Assembly (NCBI GenBank): GCA_951406725.2 | Contig: OX597835.1 | Location: 17,050,001 to 17,114,000, forward strand | DNA from: Octopus vulgaris | Taxonomy: Eukaryota | Direction: 5' to 3' | DNA length: 64,000 bases | Part shown: positions 25,745-40,261 of the stretch, piece by piece | Layout of the letters: every line of letters begins with the position of its first letter | How positions within the stretch are numbered: position 1 is the first letter of the stretch | The notes under the pieces: generated by a model | The model's input: only the letters and a program-made list of their open reading frames with translations | Database searches by the model: none | What the model was told of the DNA's origin: nothing | Made by a program: the position numbers and the translations under genes

Positions 25745-26177
25745 CCTACATATCTATCTATCTATATTCGCAAAAACACGCACATGCGCGCACACAGACA
25801 TATATAACATATTGTCCCTGTTCCATATTACTTGCAGCTTCGTAGGCTCTGTCTAGTGGCGTCAGGCAGTTGGCGACCTGTAGGGTTTGAACTCTGACAT
25901 ATTAGGCACCAGTTACTGACTGATATACCCTTGTGCTTCAATAGGGTTTGCGTGTCGTACGAATCTGTGTAGTACAATTGTAGTCAGGATAATTCCACAT
26001 CGAAGGGAAAGCTTCTCACTAAGGGTAATCGAGAAGTGTTTAGTCTACAGCTGTGCACAAATAATCTAGGACCCTGTCGTTTACCCGATGAAAATGTACA
26101 TATCTGCACTGTTTGGCCCTGTATAAGGATTATATTCTGGCAATCTTGGGCCAAGTTTAGGAAGAATTTAATAAATA

Positions 26178-26334
26178 TGGTGTGGCTGTGTGGTAAGAAG
26201 CTTGCTTCCCAGCCATGTGGTTCAGAGTTCAATCCCACTGCGAGGCACTTTGGGCAAGTGTGTTTTGCTACAGCCTCAGGTCGACCGAATACTTGTCCGT
26301 GGATTTGGTACGTAGAAATTGAAAGAAGCCCGAC

Positions 26335-26336
<2 letters not shown>
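26178..26336 (+). mobile_element. SINE family C 5' half
   Basis: gtggctgtgtggtaagaagcttgcttccc...ttcaatcccactgcg...ttgggcaagtgt...gaaagaagcccg. Confidence 0.85.
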
Positions 26337-26365
<29 letters not shown>

Positions 26366-26451
26366 AACATATATATGTGTATATATATATATATGTGTGT
26401 GTGCATGTGTATGTATATATCTATATATATGATACCTATATACATACATGC

Positions 26452-26514
<63 letters not shown>

Positions 26515-26682
26515 CATACATACATACATATATATGTGTATGTGTGTATACAGGTTGGCCCAAAGTCACCCGACAGTAAATCGAAATTCCATAAAGTCTA
26601 ATTCTGTATTGACTCGAATGGAAAAACGTGTCACTAACGAAGTTACAATTGACGGATATTGGCCCTCATCTTGTTTGTTGTT

Positions 26683-26728
26683 AACACAACGTTTTGGCTG
26701 ATATACCCTCCAGCCTTCATCAGATGTC
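26683..26728 (-). ncRNA. Type-I hammerhead-like motif (G12A variant) in a Penelope-like terminal repeat (about 26650-26780)
   Basis: Minus strand gacat-CTGATGA-a-GGCTG-gagggtatat-CAGCC-AAAACGTT-gtgtt: perfect 5-bp stem II, palindromic ACGT stem III, stem I gacat/gtgtt. Confidence 0.65.
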
Positions 26729-26959
26729 TTGGGGAAATTTCGAACCTCGGTTCTCATTCCTAAGGTATTTTTCGATGTTAAATAAGTATCCCTGGATAAA
26801 AATGTAACGAGGAAAAACAGTTGATTTGTAGGAATGTTAATTAACCACAACTGGTATTAGAAAGTTAGTCGCAAGAACAAGGAGAATAATCTCCGATTTA
26901 TTCTCGAACACAGAGACCTCAAATAGGGTTGTATACATTACAAGCGTGCTTTTATGATG

Positions 26960-27060
26960 AGTTCGTGTATTTGGAGAAACCTTATCATCCTGATCGCAAA
27001 ACCGACGAGAATTAGGAAAAGAATGGTAATCTGGTTCAACCCTCCCATAAACCCTACATG
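26960..27060 (+). pseudogene. Penelope-like element remnant (RT/GIY-YIG linker motif)
   Basis: 27008-27046 translates RIRKRMVIWFNPP, matching the RKRxIIWFNPPY motif of Penelope ORFs. Confidence 0.7.
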
Positions 27061-27195
27061 TATACACGAGAGTAGCCGGAAAATTTCCTGCCTCTCATTA
27101 GTTGTTTCCAGGCCATATCTCATACTTCTGCAAGAAAGAAGTACATTGAAAGATTTTTCAAACCAAGAAACTAGAAGTGCAAAAACAATAGCCAC

Positions 27196-27229
<34 letters not shown>

Positions 27230-28202
27230 ACAACAACAATAATGATTTCTATCTTAGAAACAAGAGTACTAAATTTTCACTGATTGACTTCATTTATTTT
27301 ATGAACGGAAATAACGATTGTTAACGATATTTAAAGGGAGCAGGCAATTTCTCTTTATACTTGCCTAAAAGAAAAAAGTGGAAAGAAGCAATCCCTTTTA
27401 CGGGGAGTGCAGTTCTTAAATACTATGTGCAACCTAAATATAAATGTCAAAATGCACTAAATATCACTGAAAAATTTTCAATATTCGTTTGCAGACGACA
27501 TCTTAAACAAATAAAAAACAAACAAACAAAAACTAACGGAAAAATTAAAAACAAAAGCAAAAACACCCAAACAAACAATAATCTAACTATGGTAATTTAA
27601 AAAGGAACTCATTTTGCAGACGACATTTCAAAAGGCAATATCGTTTTAATTAAAAAGGAGGAAAACGAAAAAGACAATGATAGACAAAAACAAGAGCAGC
27701 AACAACTAGTACAGCACGAACTACGACAGCAACAACAACAAAAACAATAACTGTAGCAACAATAACAATGAAAACATCAAAGAAAATTTAGTAAAACAAT
27801 ATAAATATCTATAATATTCTGTGTTTTACCGTAAACAGTTGCCGTTAGGCATTGTAGACGGATAAATAAGATGGAGCTAGAGACATGTTCTGTTCGTCTT
27901 CTACTCCAAGTTTCGCCCGAAAAGTTAGAAAACTTCGAGCAAAAATAAATGGTTTCTGTTTGTGTTTTATGTAAATTTTGTTGTATATTTGTAAATTTTG
28001 TTTTGGTTTTCTATATATATATATATATATATATATTTCTTTCTCCTGTTTCTTCGAGTTCCGAATTTTTCGTCGTCTCTCGTGACATGGAAGAAAGTGA
28101 GAAAAATTGAGGAAACCTTCGAAACGTCACGATGAGAACCAAAAAGAAAAAAAGAAGAGAAAAAAAACCCCTCCAAAAAGATCAAAAAGATGTCAGAAGA
28201 TG

Positions 28203-28244
<42 letters not shown>

Positions 28245-28399
28245 AATTAAAAAAATTCACGAATATTAGTTAGATAACTGCATATAAATAAAAACACACA
28301 GACATATACAAACATGCACGTACTTTACACAGACACATGGACTCACAAAGATAAATAAATATACGGACGCGAATAAATGTATAACACATAAGCATATAT

Positions 28400-28449
<50 letters not shown>

Positions 28450-28629
28450 TATATACATATATACATATATACATATATATATACATATATATATATATAA
28501 ATATATATATAACACATAAGCATATATATATATGAAAAAATATATAGATATACATATACATATATATATATATATATACATATATATATGTATATATATG
28601 TATGTATATATATTTATATGTATATATAT

Positions 28630-28675
<46 letters not shown>

Positions 28676-28844
28676 AATACATACAAGCATACATACGTAC
28701 ACACACACACACACACACACACACTTAGTTATCTATCATGCTCATTGAGCCTCAACTGATAATTACCACTTAGTTCTCACGTTGTCATCGTGTTATTCAT
28801 ATCGTTAATTTTGAATATACATGTGTGTGTGTGTGAGTGTGAGT

Positions 28845-28877
<33 letters not shown>

Positions 28878-29191
28878 TACACGCATATACATACGTACAC
28901 GTATATACATACACACATACGCACCTTCCAGTTACTAATTATACGGTTATACTCAGTTGTGGCAATTTTCGTCTCTGTCAACATGTGTTTGTATCTACGC
29001 GTAATTTAAAACCCATAAAATTTGTGTTCTACGTTCGATACTAATTTAGCCATGAAAACTTTGAGTGTGCACAAAGTATGTGCGCGCGAGCGTGTGTGCC
29101 TATATGTGTGATTATGTGTTTCTTACTTGGCCATATATGTGTCTGTTTGTCTACAAGCATGCATGCATACATACATACATACATACATACA

Positions 29192-29261
<70 letters not shown>

Positions 29262-30380
29262 AGTGTGTGTGTGTAAAAATATATTTCTGATGAGCATATT
29301 TATGTATGTATATATAATTCTGAGCACGAGAGTATGTGCATTCGGGAGGGCATGCATTTATATATGTGTGTGTATGTCTTCGCTGGTTTTGACATCCATA
29401 CATCCATCCATACATACCTAATACATACCTATATATATATACACACATAAATATACACACACATGAATATACACACACATATATATTTATAAATATATAT
29501 ATATATAAATACACACACATATGTATTTATAAGTATATATATATACATATATATATATACACACACACACATATACATTTATAAGTATATATATATATAT
29601 ATATATGTATATATGCGTGTGTATGTGTTTATTTATTTATTCATTTAGCAACATTAACATCAACGCCAATAAATCTATAAATGAGGCTCTAAAAAAGGTT
29701 CGTTATGGATATAATTTTATACACGCGTTGAATCACACACGCACATATACACTCATATGCACGCACATACCACCTACAGACCTGCCAAATACTCTGGCTT
29801 TCTAGTGGTCGGTCGCTCTACTTGAAATAACACAATTCACTCTAAAAGAAATATTCAGCTCTCTTAAAAGGAAGGACGACATTGGAGAATATAACCCAAC
29901 GTATGAAAATATTTAGGAGGGTGGTCTCGGTAGGAATGGTTGTCTTTTATTTGCTCAATCAGCAACAAAAATAATCAAGTAAGGACCAGTTTATGTCTTA
30001 TTGAATTTGCTAGAAATAATAGTCAAATTTTCCCTTTCTCGAAAGAAGATAACATTACCAGATTTAGCTTGGAATCCATTATTTGTGAATACTAACGTAA
30101 GGTGGCCCCTGCTGAAATTCTTTTGATCAGAGTCTGTTTAGTGTGGTGCACCTTGAGTTAAAACGAAACCAACAACACCTAGGGTTTTGCATATTTATAC
30201 AGAACTCTACTACAATACAGTACTAAACCTATAAACATACATGCATACACACACTCACACATACACACACTAACATATATATAAACAGCTCATCGATGAA
30301 GTATTATAGTTTACTACTACTAAGCCTGATTAAAAAATTATAACGGAGGAAGATTCCTCTTAAATACAATGACATTTATA

Positions 30381-30470
30381 TATCCTGAAGAGATCGGACT
30401 AATAATGTATAAATCGCTGCATATAAATAGGCAACAATATGGAATTAATACGATCGAAACACGTGTCAGA
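30381..30470 (+). ncRNA. Type-I hammerhead ribozyme motif with intact catalytic core
   Basis: CTGAAGA (30385-30391), GATCG...CGATC stem II (extendable), GAAA, palindromic A-CACGTG-T stem III, GUC cleavage triplet at 30465-30467. Stem I is imperfect. Confidence 0.7.
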
Positions 30471-30959
30471 CAATTAATATGAGTCACCTAGCTGGAAATA
30501 AACATAAAGTTTGAATGTTCAAATCCCTCATTCTCCTTATTATCAATACTGTACTATGTGTGTATGTGTGTGTGTATTAATTACTTTAGGGTATACCGTA
30601 TTTCATTATTTAGTAGCGTATTATGGTCATATAACGAAAAGAGGTGTCCCTTCGAGTGATTAATATGTACGTACACGCGGCCAGAAATGTGTTCAGTATG
30701 TAAAATTGATCTATCCGATAATGTTATACCACTATATTTCGTGGCTATTTAATCAATGTGTTCGTGGATGGTTCATTGGTTGGATGTAGTACTGATGAAT
30801 GAGCAAGAACTCCTGAAATTTGTATATACACCAATTGCCTATTATTTCCAACTTCGATTGCATTGCTTACATTGGACGTATTCGGATACGAAACGTCGTA
30901 ATAAATCAGTGCTGGCTATAACGTCTATAACAAAACTGTAGAGATGACCCTAAAAAGTG

Positions 30960-31032
<73 letters not shown>

Positions 31033-31111
31033 CATACATATATAAAAATATATGTACACACACATATATGCATACAAATATATATATGTGTGTATATGTA
31101 TATATGTATAC

Positions 31112-31147
<36 letters not shown>

Positions 31148-31189
31148 CACACTCATGCACTATGTGTGTGTGCGTGCGTGTATGTGTCT

Positions 31190-31380
31190 TTGCGGCTGTG
31201 TTTGTCCACCACCACCGCATGACAACTGGTGTTGGTGTGTTTATGTCGTTGTAACTTAGCGGTTCGGCAAAAATATACCGCTGAAATAAGTATCAGTCTT
31301 TAAAAAGTATAATTTTCGGAGTCGATTCGTTCGACCAAAAATGGCCGCAGTCTAATGACTGAAACAAGTGACAGATAAAA
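31190..31380 (+). mobile_element. SINE family C 3' half
   Basis: gtaacttagcggttcggcaaaa...atggccgcagtctaatgactgaaacaag. Confidence 0.8.
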
Positions 31381-31505
31381 GGTTACAAATATATACACTG
31401 CACACAAACCATAGTCTACAAATATTTAAACTCCAGCCACAGCGCAGAATCTAGAAATATATACACACTGTTCACATAGCCTGTTCAAATATATACACAC
31501 TGTTC

Positions 31506-31879
31506 AGGCGCAGGAGTGGCTGTGTGGTAAGTAGCTTGCTAACCAACCACATGGTTCCGTGTTCAGTCCCACTGCGTGGCATCTTGGGCAAGTGTCTTCT
31601 GCTATAGCCCCGGGCCGACCAATTCCTTGTGAGTTGATTTGGTAGACGGAAACTGAAAGAAGCCTGTCGTATATATGTATGTGTTTGTGTGTCTGTGTTT
31701 GTCCCCCTGGCATTGCTTGACAACCGATGCTGGTGTGTTTACATCCCCGTCACTTGGCGGTTCGGCAAAAGAGACCGATAGAATAAGTACTGGGCTTACA
31801 AAGAATAAGTCCCGGGGTGCTCCAGCATGGCCGCAGTCAAATGACTGAAACAAGTAAAAGAGTAAAAGAGAGTAAAGAG
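31506..31879 (+). mobile_element. Near full-length SINE family C
   Basis: aggcgcaggagtggctgtgtggtaag head through the (gtaaaaga)n tail; short internal deletion near 31816. Confidence 0.92.
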
Positions 31880-32471
31880 CCTAAAATCTACGATTATATA
31901 TACACTGTAGAAGTGCCACGCACAGACAGCCACTCATAAGCACATATATATATAAATACTAACACATATACACAAATATATTCACGCACGCACGCACACA
32001 TACGACAGTGACACACACACAGGCCCATAAACGCATAGATATATGCACACAATCACGACCAGTGAACGCACATCCGCATGCTTCTCCTGCAGACGATAAA
32101 ATAAAATATGACATGATGAGAATTACAAGGCATGGTTGTGTCGCCGCCTTGTTGTAACTAATTAGATTTATTTCACTGCAGGCTTCCATAATATACTTTC
32201 AGCTTCTGGCTACTTACACACAACAAAAAACAACGACGCATCACACGAACGCACACAGGCATGCGCGTGCACACACAGACACATACACAGACACACATAC
32301 AGGCACCCACTCACACGGAGGCATAAACCCACGTTTACATGCATAACAAATTTTCTATCGAAAACTTCACACATTCCAGTAAAGTTTTATTTTTATACTA
32401 AAAACTAATGACTTGTAGTCATCTTTGTATCACAATCACACGTCGACACATGCAGACACCCACAGAAAGTC

Positions 32472-32557
<86 letters not shown>

Positions 32558-32667
32558 TATATATATATACACACATATATATATATACATATATATTTTA
32601 ATATATATATTTATTTTTATATATATATAAATATACACATATATATATACATATATATATATATATA

Positions 32668-32713
<46 letters not shown>

Positions 32714-32752
32714 CATATATAAACACATACAAACACAGATGCACAGATACAT

Positions 32753-32790
<38 letters not shown>

Positions 32791-33116
32791 GTGTGTGTGT
32801 GTGTGTATATATATGTACATATCAATGTGTGTGTGTCTGCGCATGCTCATAGTGTAGGTCCCTCCTCTGCAAAGTAAGCTCACTCGTTTATTATTGCACA
32901 CTAACTAACCATCTGACTAACGAATCAGCTCTCCCCTTCTCAGTCTGTTACTCTCTCAGTACACACACATACACACACACAAAGGTGCGCGTGCATATAC
33001 ACGCACACACATAGATACATATATATATATATATAAATATAAATATATTTATATATGTACATACATACAAACGTACGTCATACATATATGCATATATGTA
33101 TACGTATATATATGTA

Positions 33117-33156
<40 letters not shown>

Positions 33157-33189
33157 TATATATATATATATATATATTTTGATATAAAT

Positions 33190-33234
<45 letters not shown>

Positions 33235-33810
33235 TTATTTAAGCATGTATGTATATGCTTGCATCTGCGTGTGCCTGGATTGTGTATTTGCAGTTATATA
33301 TATGTGTGTGTGTATGGGGGGTCTGTGTGTGTGTGTGTGTGAGTGTTTGAGTGTGTCTATATCCATACACAAAATACAAATACATCTAGCCAATCATCTA
33401 TTCATCCGTGAATCTATACACAATGATACACACACTGACATATATGTGTAAAACACATACATTCATAAACACACACACATGTATATATATACTGATATAT
33501 GTGTGAGTTAGTCCGTGTGTATATATGTCTGCATTTCGAAGTAGTATCTGTTGAAACAAAGCATGGGATATAGCATACTCTGCACAATTAGTAGAAATCA
33601 TTAGTCTATTGATAAACTTGATAAATTTTCTATTTGTTAAAACTTTATGCCTGTGATGCAGGTCTTCCACAAAACAGCTATGCCCGGACTCGTGCCTCGG
33701 AGGAGAACTTTCTAGAACTTTCTTGGTTATTTTCGAATGCCCAAAAGAATATTTTATTTTAATATTATCATGCTTACTACCATTCTCATCATTACTAGGG
33801 TTATCACTGT

Positions 33811-33860
<50 letters not shown>

Positions 33861-33941
33861 TCATTATTATTACTATTATTAGTATTATTACTATTATTAT
33901 TATTATTATTATCATCATTATTATTATTTCTATTATTATTT

Positions 33942-34032
<91 letters not shown>

Positions 34033-34048
34033 TTCTATTATTATTTTC

Positions 34049-34110
<62 letters not shown>
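33811..34110. repeat. (TAC)n/(TAT)n trinucleotide repeat
   Basis: Direct reading. Confidence 0.95.
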
Positions 34111-34199
34111 CCGTAGCTTGCTTGGATGTTATAAGGGTTTTAGTAATAATAGTTTATTTCTCTCAGGTTCACATACCTACTCCTGCTTATCATTTAACT

Positions 34200-34790
34200 G
34201 TTCCTATTAATTAAAGATTTTTTCATTGTTGCTCACTTTATCTACACCACCATTTTTCTTATTATCAGCAAAGATTTCCTTACAATTCCTACTATTAAAA
34301 TATGCCTTAGTATTTTTTATCTTTATTGTTATAGCGATCTCTATCAGTATTTACCACCTTTATGCATCTTTATGTATATTCTTATTCTCCCCATTAGGAA
34401 TAGATTATATTTTCTCTTTATAAAGGGCTTCGAGTAAAGATAAATTTAGAGCATTTTCTTGTTTTTTGTTTAAATAATTTTTCCTGAGTTGAAAGTTTAG
34501 AAATTCTAAAGGAGACACGTCTAATTGTAGAATTTATAATTGTTTTCGGGTGATTGGATTCAGGCCATATGTATCTGAGGTTCACGTTTCGCCTGTAGGA
34601 CGGGTGATATAGCCCTTTACTAACATACAGAGCAACATCTAGAGAATTTACCTTACCATACTCATTCTGCAAGGAGACAGATATGGCCGTTAAAAAATTT
34701 TCTGTGTACCAGTCTAACTCAACTTTACTACACTTATAAGCAGTAAACGAAGTGTAATCTTTATATAATGTCTGACTAACCAAGAAAATT
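34200..34790 (-). pseudogene. Decayed Penelope-like reverse transcriptase C-terminal/thumb region and linker
   Basis: ORF 34418-34783 contains KVNSLDVALYVSKGLYHPSYRRNVNLRYIWPESNHPKTIINSTIRRVSFRISKLSTQEKLF, matching the Penelope pattern VNFLDVxL...YxPYxKxN..YI...SNHPxxII...ISxRISxLS..ExxF. Confidence 0.8.
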
Positions 34791-35379
34791 CCCTATTTAA
34801 GCAATAATTTTTCGTGAAGCAGGGAGATTGACACTGCTGCGCTCTTTTGAGTTTCTTTCTGCGATATAGGTTTCATAGGGACCCTGAACAACGGGAGATG
34901 TTTCTTGAAAACTTTTACCCCTACATCAGGAAGACCCCTCAAGTGTTATGGGAAGGCATTAAATATCTGTGGCCCCTTGAATCTCAAAATATTGTTGTAC
35001 ATGGTCCTTACTCTAGACGGAGTAACCCTACAAAGCCACTTACATATGCGGAATTATTAAAACAAATTTCACTAAAAAGGGTAACAATTAGAAAGGATAA
35101 CAATTAGAAACCAGTATTATGACAACACTAATTTCGTCTGTCCAGTTAAAACGTTTAATTTGTTATTATATGGTATTTGTTTGCTGTGCACTGTTAGCAT
35201 TATTTGTGATATCTCTTTAGATGATTTGATATCGAAATTGTTGTGACATTATTCTTTCAAGTATTGTTATATATCTCTGTAAGGTTATGGTATTGCCCAG
35301 CCTTTTTATTGTCCTTGAAGGTGGATGAAACCTTTATACACAACCACACGCACACACACATCCGCGTGTGCATATAATA

Positions 35380-35456
<77 letters not shown>

Positions 35457-35551
35457 ATCTACCTATATATACACATGGGCATGTATATGTATATACATAT
35501 ATATTTGAACGCACATGTATGTATATGTTCGGTTGTGTTCGTGCGTTTGTG

Positions 35552-35603
<52 letters not shown>

Positions 35604-35727
35604 CATATATATATATATATACATACATATATATATATATATATATACATACATATATTCATTTATTTATATAATCTATATCTGTCTCTATATATATACA
35701 TACATTATGCATACATACACACGCATA

Positions 35728-35780
<53 letters not shown>

Positions 35781-38057
35781 CGCACATACAAAAAAGTGTA
35801 TATATTACATATACAAACACACACACATATATATATGTGTGCATGTGTGTGTATATGTGTGTATTTGTGTATGTGTGTGTGTGCATGTATTCGCACACTC
35901 TCTTATGTGCACACAAATTGATAAAATGTTCACTCTCTAGGTCAACGGTATTTAGTTCGTATCACATTTATAGATGTCGTTCCCTCTCTTTTCTCTCTCT
36001 CTGTCTGATTCCCTCCCTACGCTCTCTGTCTCTCTCATCCTCTTTCTCTATCTTTCCGTCATATCACCCCCACTGCCGTCTTCGCTATATTGTGCTCCTC
36101 TCTCTGTTACCTCATTCTGTTTCATCGTTCCACCCCCTTTCTCACCCTGTCCCCATTTTGTTTTCGTCATACCCCTTCCCCCTACCCGCCATACTATATT
36201 CTACTTTTGCTTCGTATTCACTCGTTTTTCCAACACTCTATTTCTAGCTTCTTCCCTCTGTTTTTCCATCCCTAAAACACACACACACAGACACGCACAC
36301 ACACACACTCACTCACTCACACACACAAACACACGTACACGCACACACGCACATACACACACACACAAACACACACACACACACACGCACTCACACAAAC
36401 ACACACATACACGCACATACACACACACACACACGAACACACACACTCACACACACACAGATACACACAAACGCACACACAAACACACACACACACGCAC
36501 ACACAAACACACACACACTCACACACACACACACGCACACACACACACACACACATACACACACACACTCACCTTATCTATTCCCTTGTCTGTGTGTCAC
36601 CCATTAAACGCCACCAAGGTGACGTAATAATACAATATAATTACTCTAATAATAGACTTAAAGAACTCGACTTACTTTAATCATTTTAAACTAATTCTAC
36701 CAACCCATCCACATATTGGAGTCCAATCGATCATAGACTATCGATTATTTTTCGATCAGTCTATGAGTGGTAAATCACACATTATTGTTGTTGTACTGCT
36801 TCATATCTAATCTGACCCGAACTGACCTGTTTACTCTCAGATCAGCTCTGGTTCAATAGACCTATGATCAAACAGATTCCATCCGTGACTGTCCTCTCTT
36901 TTATTCAGTCATAAATGTATCTAGGATTATTGTATCAAATGTTGTTCTCGATATTTGATAACTGAAATATAAAAGCGATGATATGGTCGTATCTGGAGCG
37001 GCTTTAACCATAGATCTTCTCAGTCAGGTACTGTCTAAGAGCTAAACGTCAGCGCGGTTTAACACTGCATTATTATGCCTTAGGTGACTGTAATTGAGTC
37101 CGCGCTCTGATTCAAGTATTCGGTTATGCTTCCGGTCTGAGGATTCTTTCTTCAGAACGAACGCTAGTCTGGAAGTCCGTAAATAGTTAGCGGACCTTAC
37201 TTGCGGTGGATTGAGTGGGCTTTGACCAACAATTTCATCACGTTTCTCACGTATCCTGACCTCATCCGTTGGACAGTCCGAACGTTTCAGCAGGCAAATT
37301 AGCGCTTGTACCTGCGGCCTGAAAATCTAGCTTGCAAATTTGACCAAGCGCATCGGATAGCGCAGTTGCCGTAGCCGTAGCCGTAGTCGTCATTCGTCGT
37401 TGAGGTGTAGGGTTAGGGTTTGGGAGACTGTATAACATGCTCGACAATGAGTGTGTAAGCAGCCGAGCCTTTTCTAATCGCGTACAAACTTAACGCAATC
37501 TTCAGGCAGAATCGACGGGCTTCCACACAGTTGCCATCCACGCACTTTCACTCATAAGTAGAAAGAAGACGACGAAACAATATTTATCGCAGAATTACAA
37601 ATGCTCCTTTTTTCACCAATACCTCAGAAAGAGAAGGAGCAAATGAACACCAGATTTGCTCATTGGTAAAATGTAAGTAACGACGCTATAATTCACCACC
37701 CATCTTATAGTTAAAGCCATATAATGTAAACTGTGCGAAAAATACCATGCTTTATGAATCGCTGTATTATATGACGTTTGTCAAATCGCATAAATATGCA
37801 TCTGCTGACACAGGCAGAACAAATACTGCAGACAAGAGCAGACCTGACGACGTTAAAATATATATCAGAGAGTTTGACGTGTGGAAGGTTAAATGACAAA
37901 CATATGTTGACTTCTGGGAATATTTCATTTCACATTTTATACTTTCATACTGTGGTGTTGGTTGTTTTTTTAAAAATATATCCCATAAGTCACTGCTTCA
38001 TTTATATCGGGGTAACACACACACACACATATTGTTATATATATGAACATACATACA

Positions 38058-38118
<61 letters not shown>

Positions 38119-38302
38119 TATGTATATTATATATATTTATGTATGTATGCATGAATGCACATATGTATACATATATACGTATATATATATATCTATAAAT
38201 TATATATATGTATGTATGCACGTATGTATGAATATATATATATATGTGAATATGTATGTATATATATCTGTGTGTATGTATGCATCTATGTATGTGAGTA
38301 TT

Positions 38303-38342
<40 letters not shown>

Positions 38343-38417
38343 CATAAATATATATATATGTATGTATATGGATATATATATATATTTATATATATATATA
38401 TATATATATATACATAC

Positions 38418-38454
<37 letters not shown>

Positions 38455-38579
38455 ATATATATATATATATAATGTATATATATATATGAATAGATATATA
38501 TCGTATCTGCTGGACAGACCTGGCATTTGTCCAAGTAGCTTTGTGTTGACCAATCAATCAGTTGATTGCTGCAGGAGGA

Positions 38580-39000
38580 GGGGGGGGGGAAGATGAAGGA
38601 GGAGAAAAGACGAAGGAGACAAAGAAAAGATGGAGGCGATGATAACGATAAAGAAAGTCAAGCGGAAGAGAACAGAGAAGATGAAAGAGGTGTAGAAGGA
38701 GGAGGGTGATGAGGAAAGAAGAGGATGAAGACAGGGAGATAAGAAGTGGTAGAAGAAGCAGAGGAGGAAAAGCGGGAGGAGAGACGTAGAAGAGGAGGAA
38801 GATGATAAAGGAACGAAAATGAAAAGAGCAAAGAGAAGAAAAGATGAAATGAGCAGAAGGAGAAATTGAAGGAAGAAGATGAATGAAGAAGAATTGGGGA
38901 AGAAAGAGAAGGAATGAGTAGAAGAACGGGAAGAAGAAGGGAAGGATAAAAGGAGAAGAAGGATGAGGTGGAGGAAGTGAGAGAAGGTGCAGAGAAAAAG
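38580..39000 (+). repeat. Purine-rich GAA/GAG low-complexity tract
   Basis: Direct reading. Confidence 0.85.
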
Positions 39001-39188
39001 GCAGCTTTGGAAAATGGCTTATATGCCTTTAAGCCTCTTGCTATAGTGTATTGCATTACACACACACATACACACATACACACACACAAACACACACACA
39101 CAAACATTTGTGTGTGTGTATATATATGAATATACATACATCTCTTTCTCTCTTTCTCATTCTCTCTTTCTTTCCGTATCTCTGTCTG

Positions 39189-39257
<69 letters not shown>

Positions 39258-39262
39258 GTATT

Positions 39263-39332
<70 letters not shown>

Positions 39333-39464
39333 AGATATCTTTTTTACAAAGTAAACACCAAATGGTACATATCTTGTTTTGTCCTGTTTGCCGTTGTTGT
39401 GCTATCGTCCTTTTCTTGCTTCTTATGTTTTGACAATTACCGTTTGCTGTGTTATTTTTACCTT

Positions 39465-39496
<32 letters not shown>

Positions 39497-39499
<3 letters not shown>

Positions 39500-39549
39500 G
39501 GTGCCCCAGCATGGCCACAGCTCGTGAGCTGAAACTAGAATCAATCAAT

Positions 39550-39553
<4 letters not shown>
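39497..39553 (+). mobile_element. Ultra-short 5'-truncated retro-insertion with (ATCA)n tail in (TA)n
   Basis: ggcggtgccccagcatggccacagctcgtgagctgaaactagaatcaatcaatcaat; second copy at 56356-56422. Confidence 0.75.
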
Positions 39554-39595
<42 letters not shown>

Positions 39596-39912
39596 GTTTA
39601 ATTCTCTCTCTATCTATCTACCTATTTATCTAACCACTTATCTATGCTGCATCTTGTGAGAGTTAATTTTACCAATAAAAACGCGTGCACTAGATCTATT
39701 TCATGTCTTAGTTATTAGTCAACCAGTTAATTAATTAACCAGTTAATTAATCACTTGCTTGATTAGACGTTCGATCAATTAATCAATTAGCTGGTTTGTC
39801 AGAGTCCTTTCGACGCCATTAGCGACCTCGTTGATGACATACCCTTGTTATCCCAGGTCTCTTGTAACCAAATCAAGCTCCCCCTGTAATACACGCACAC
39901 ACACATATATAT

Positions 39913-40176
<264 letters not shown>

Positions 40177-40261
40177 GTAAACATATATATTTATATATGG
40201 GTATGCTAATTTAGTTACATTCAAAGGATTCATTTGTATAGTTATTCTATTCTATATTTTT

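Noticed and set aside
26551-26600. TA|CAGGTTGGCCCAAAGTC, a Tc1-like TIR start
   Set aside because: No matching second TIR found, so no element can be delimited.
29287-29330. Isolated CTGATGA/CTGAGGA boxes (also 23901 minus, 37137, 50866 minus)
   Set aside because: No properly placed stem II plus GAAA; expected by chance.
37408-37424. Telomere-like TAGGGTTAGGGTTTGGG
   Set aside because: Fewer than three perfect units; too short to call an interstitial telomere or a four-tract G-quadruplex.
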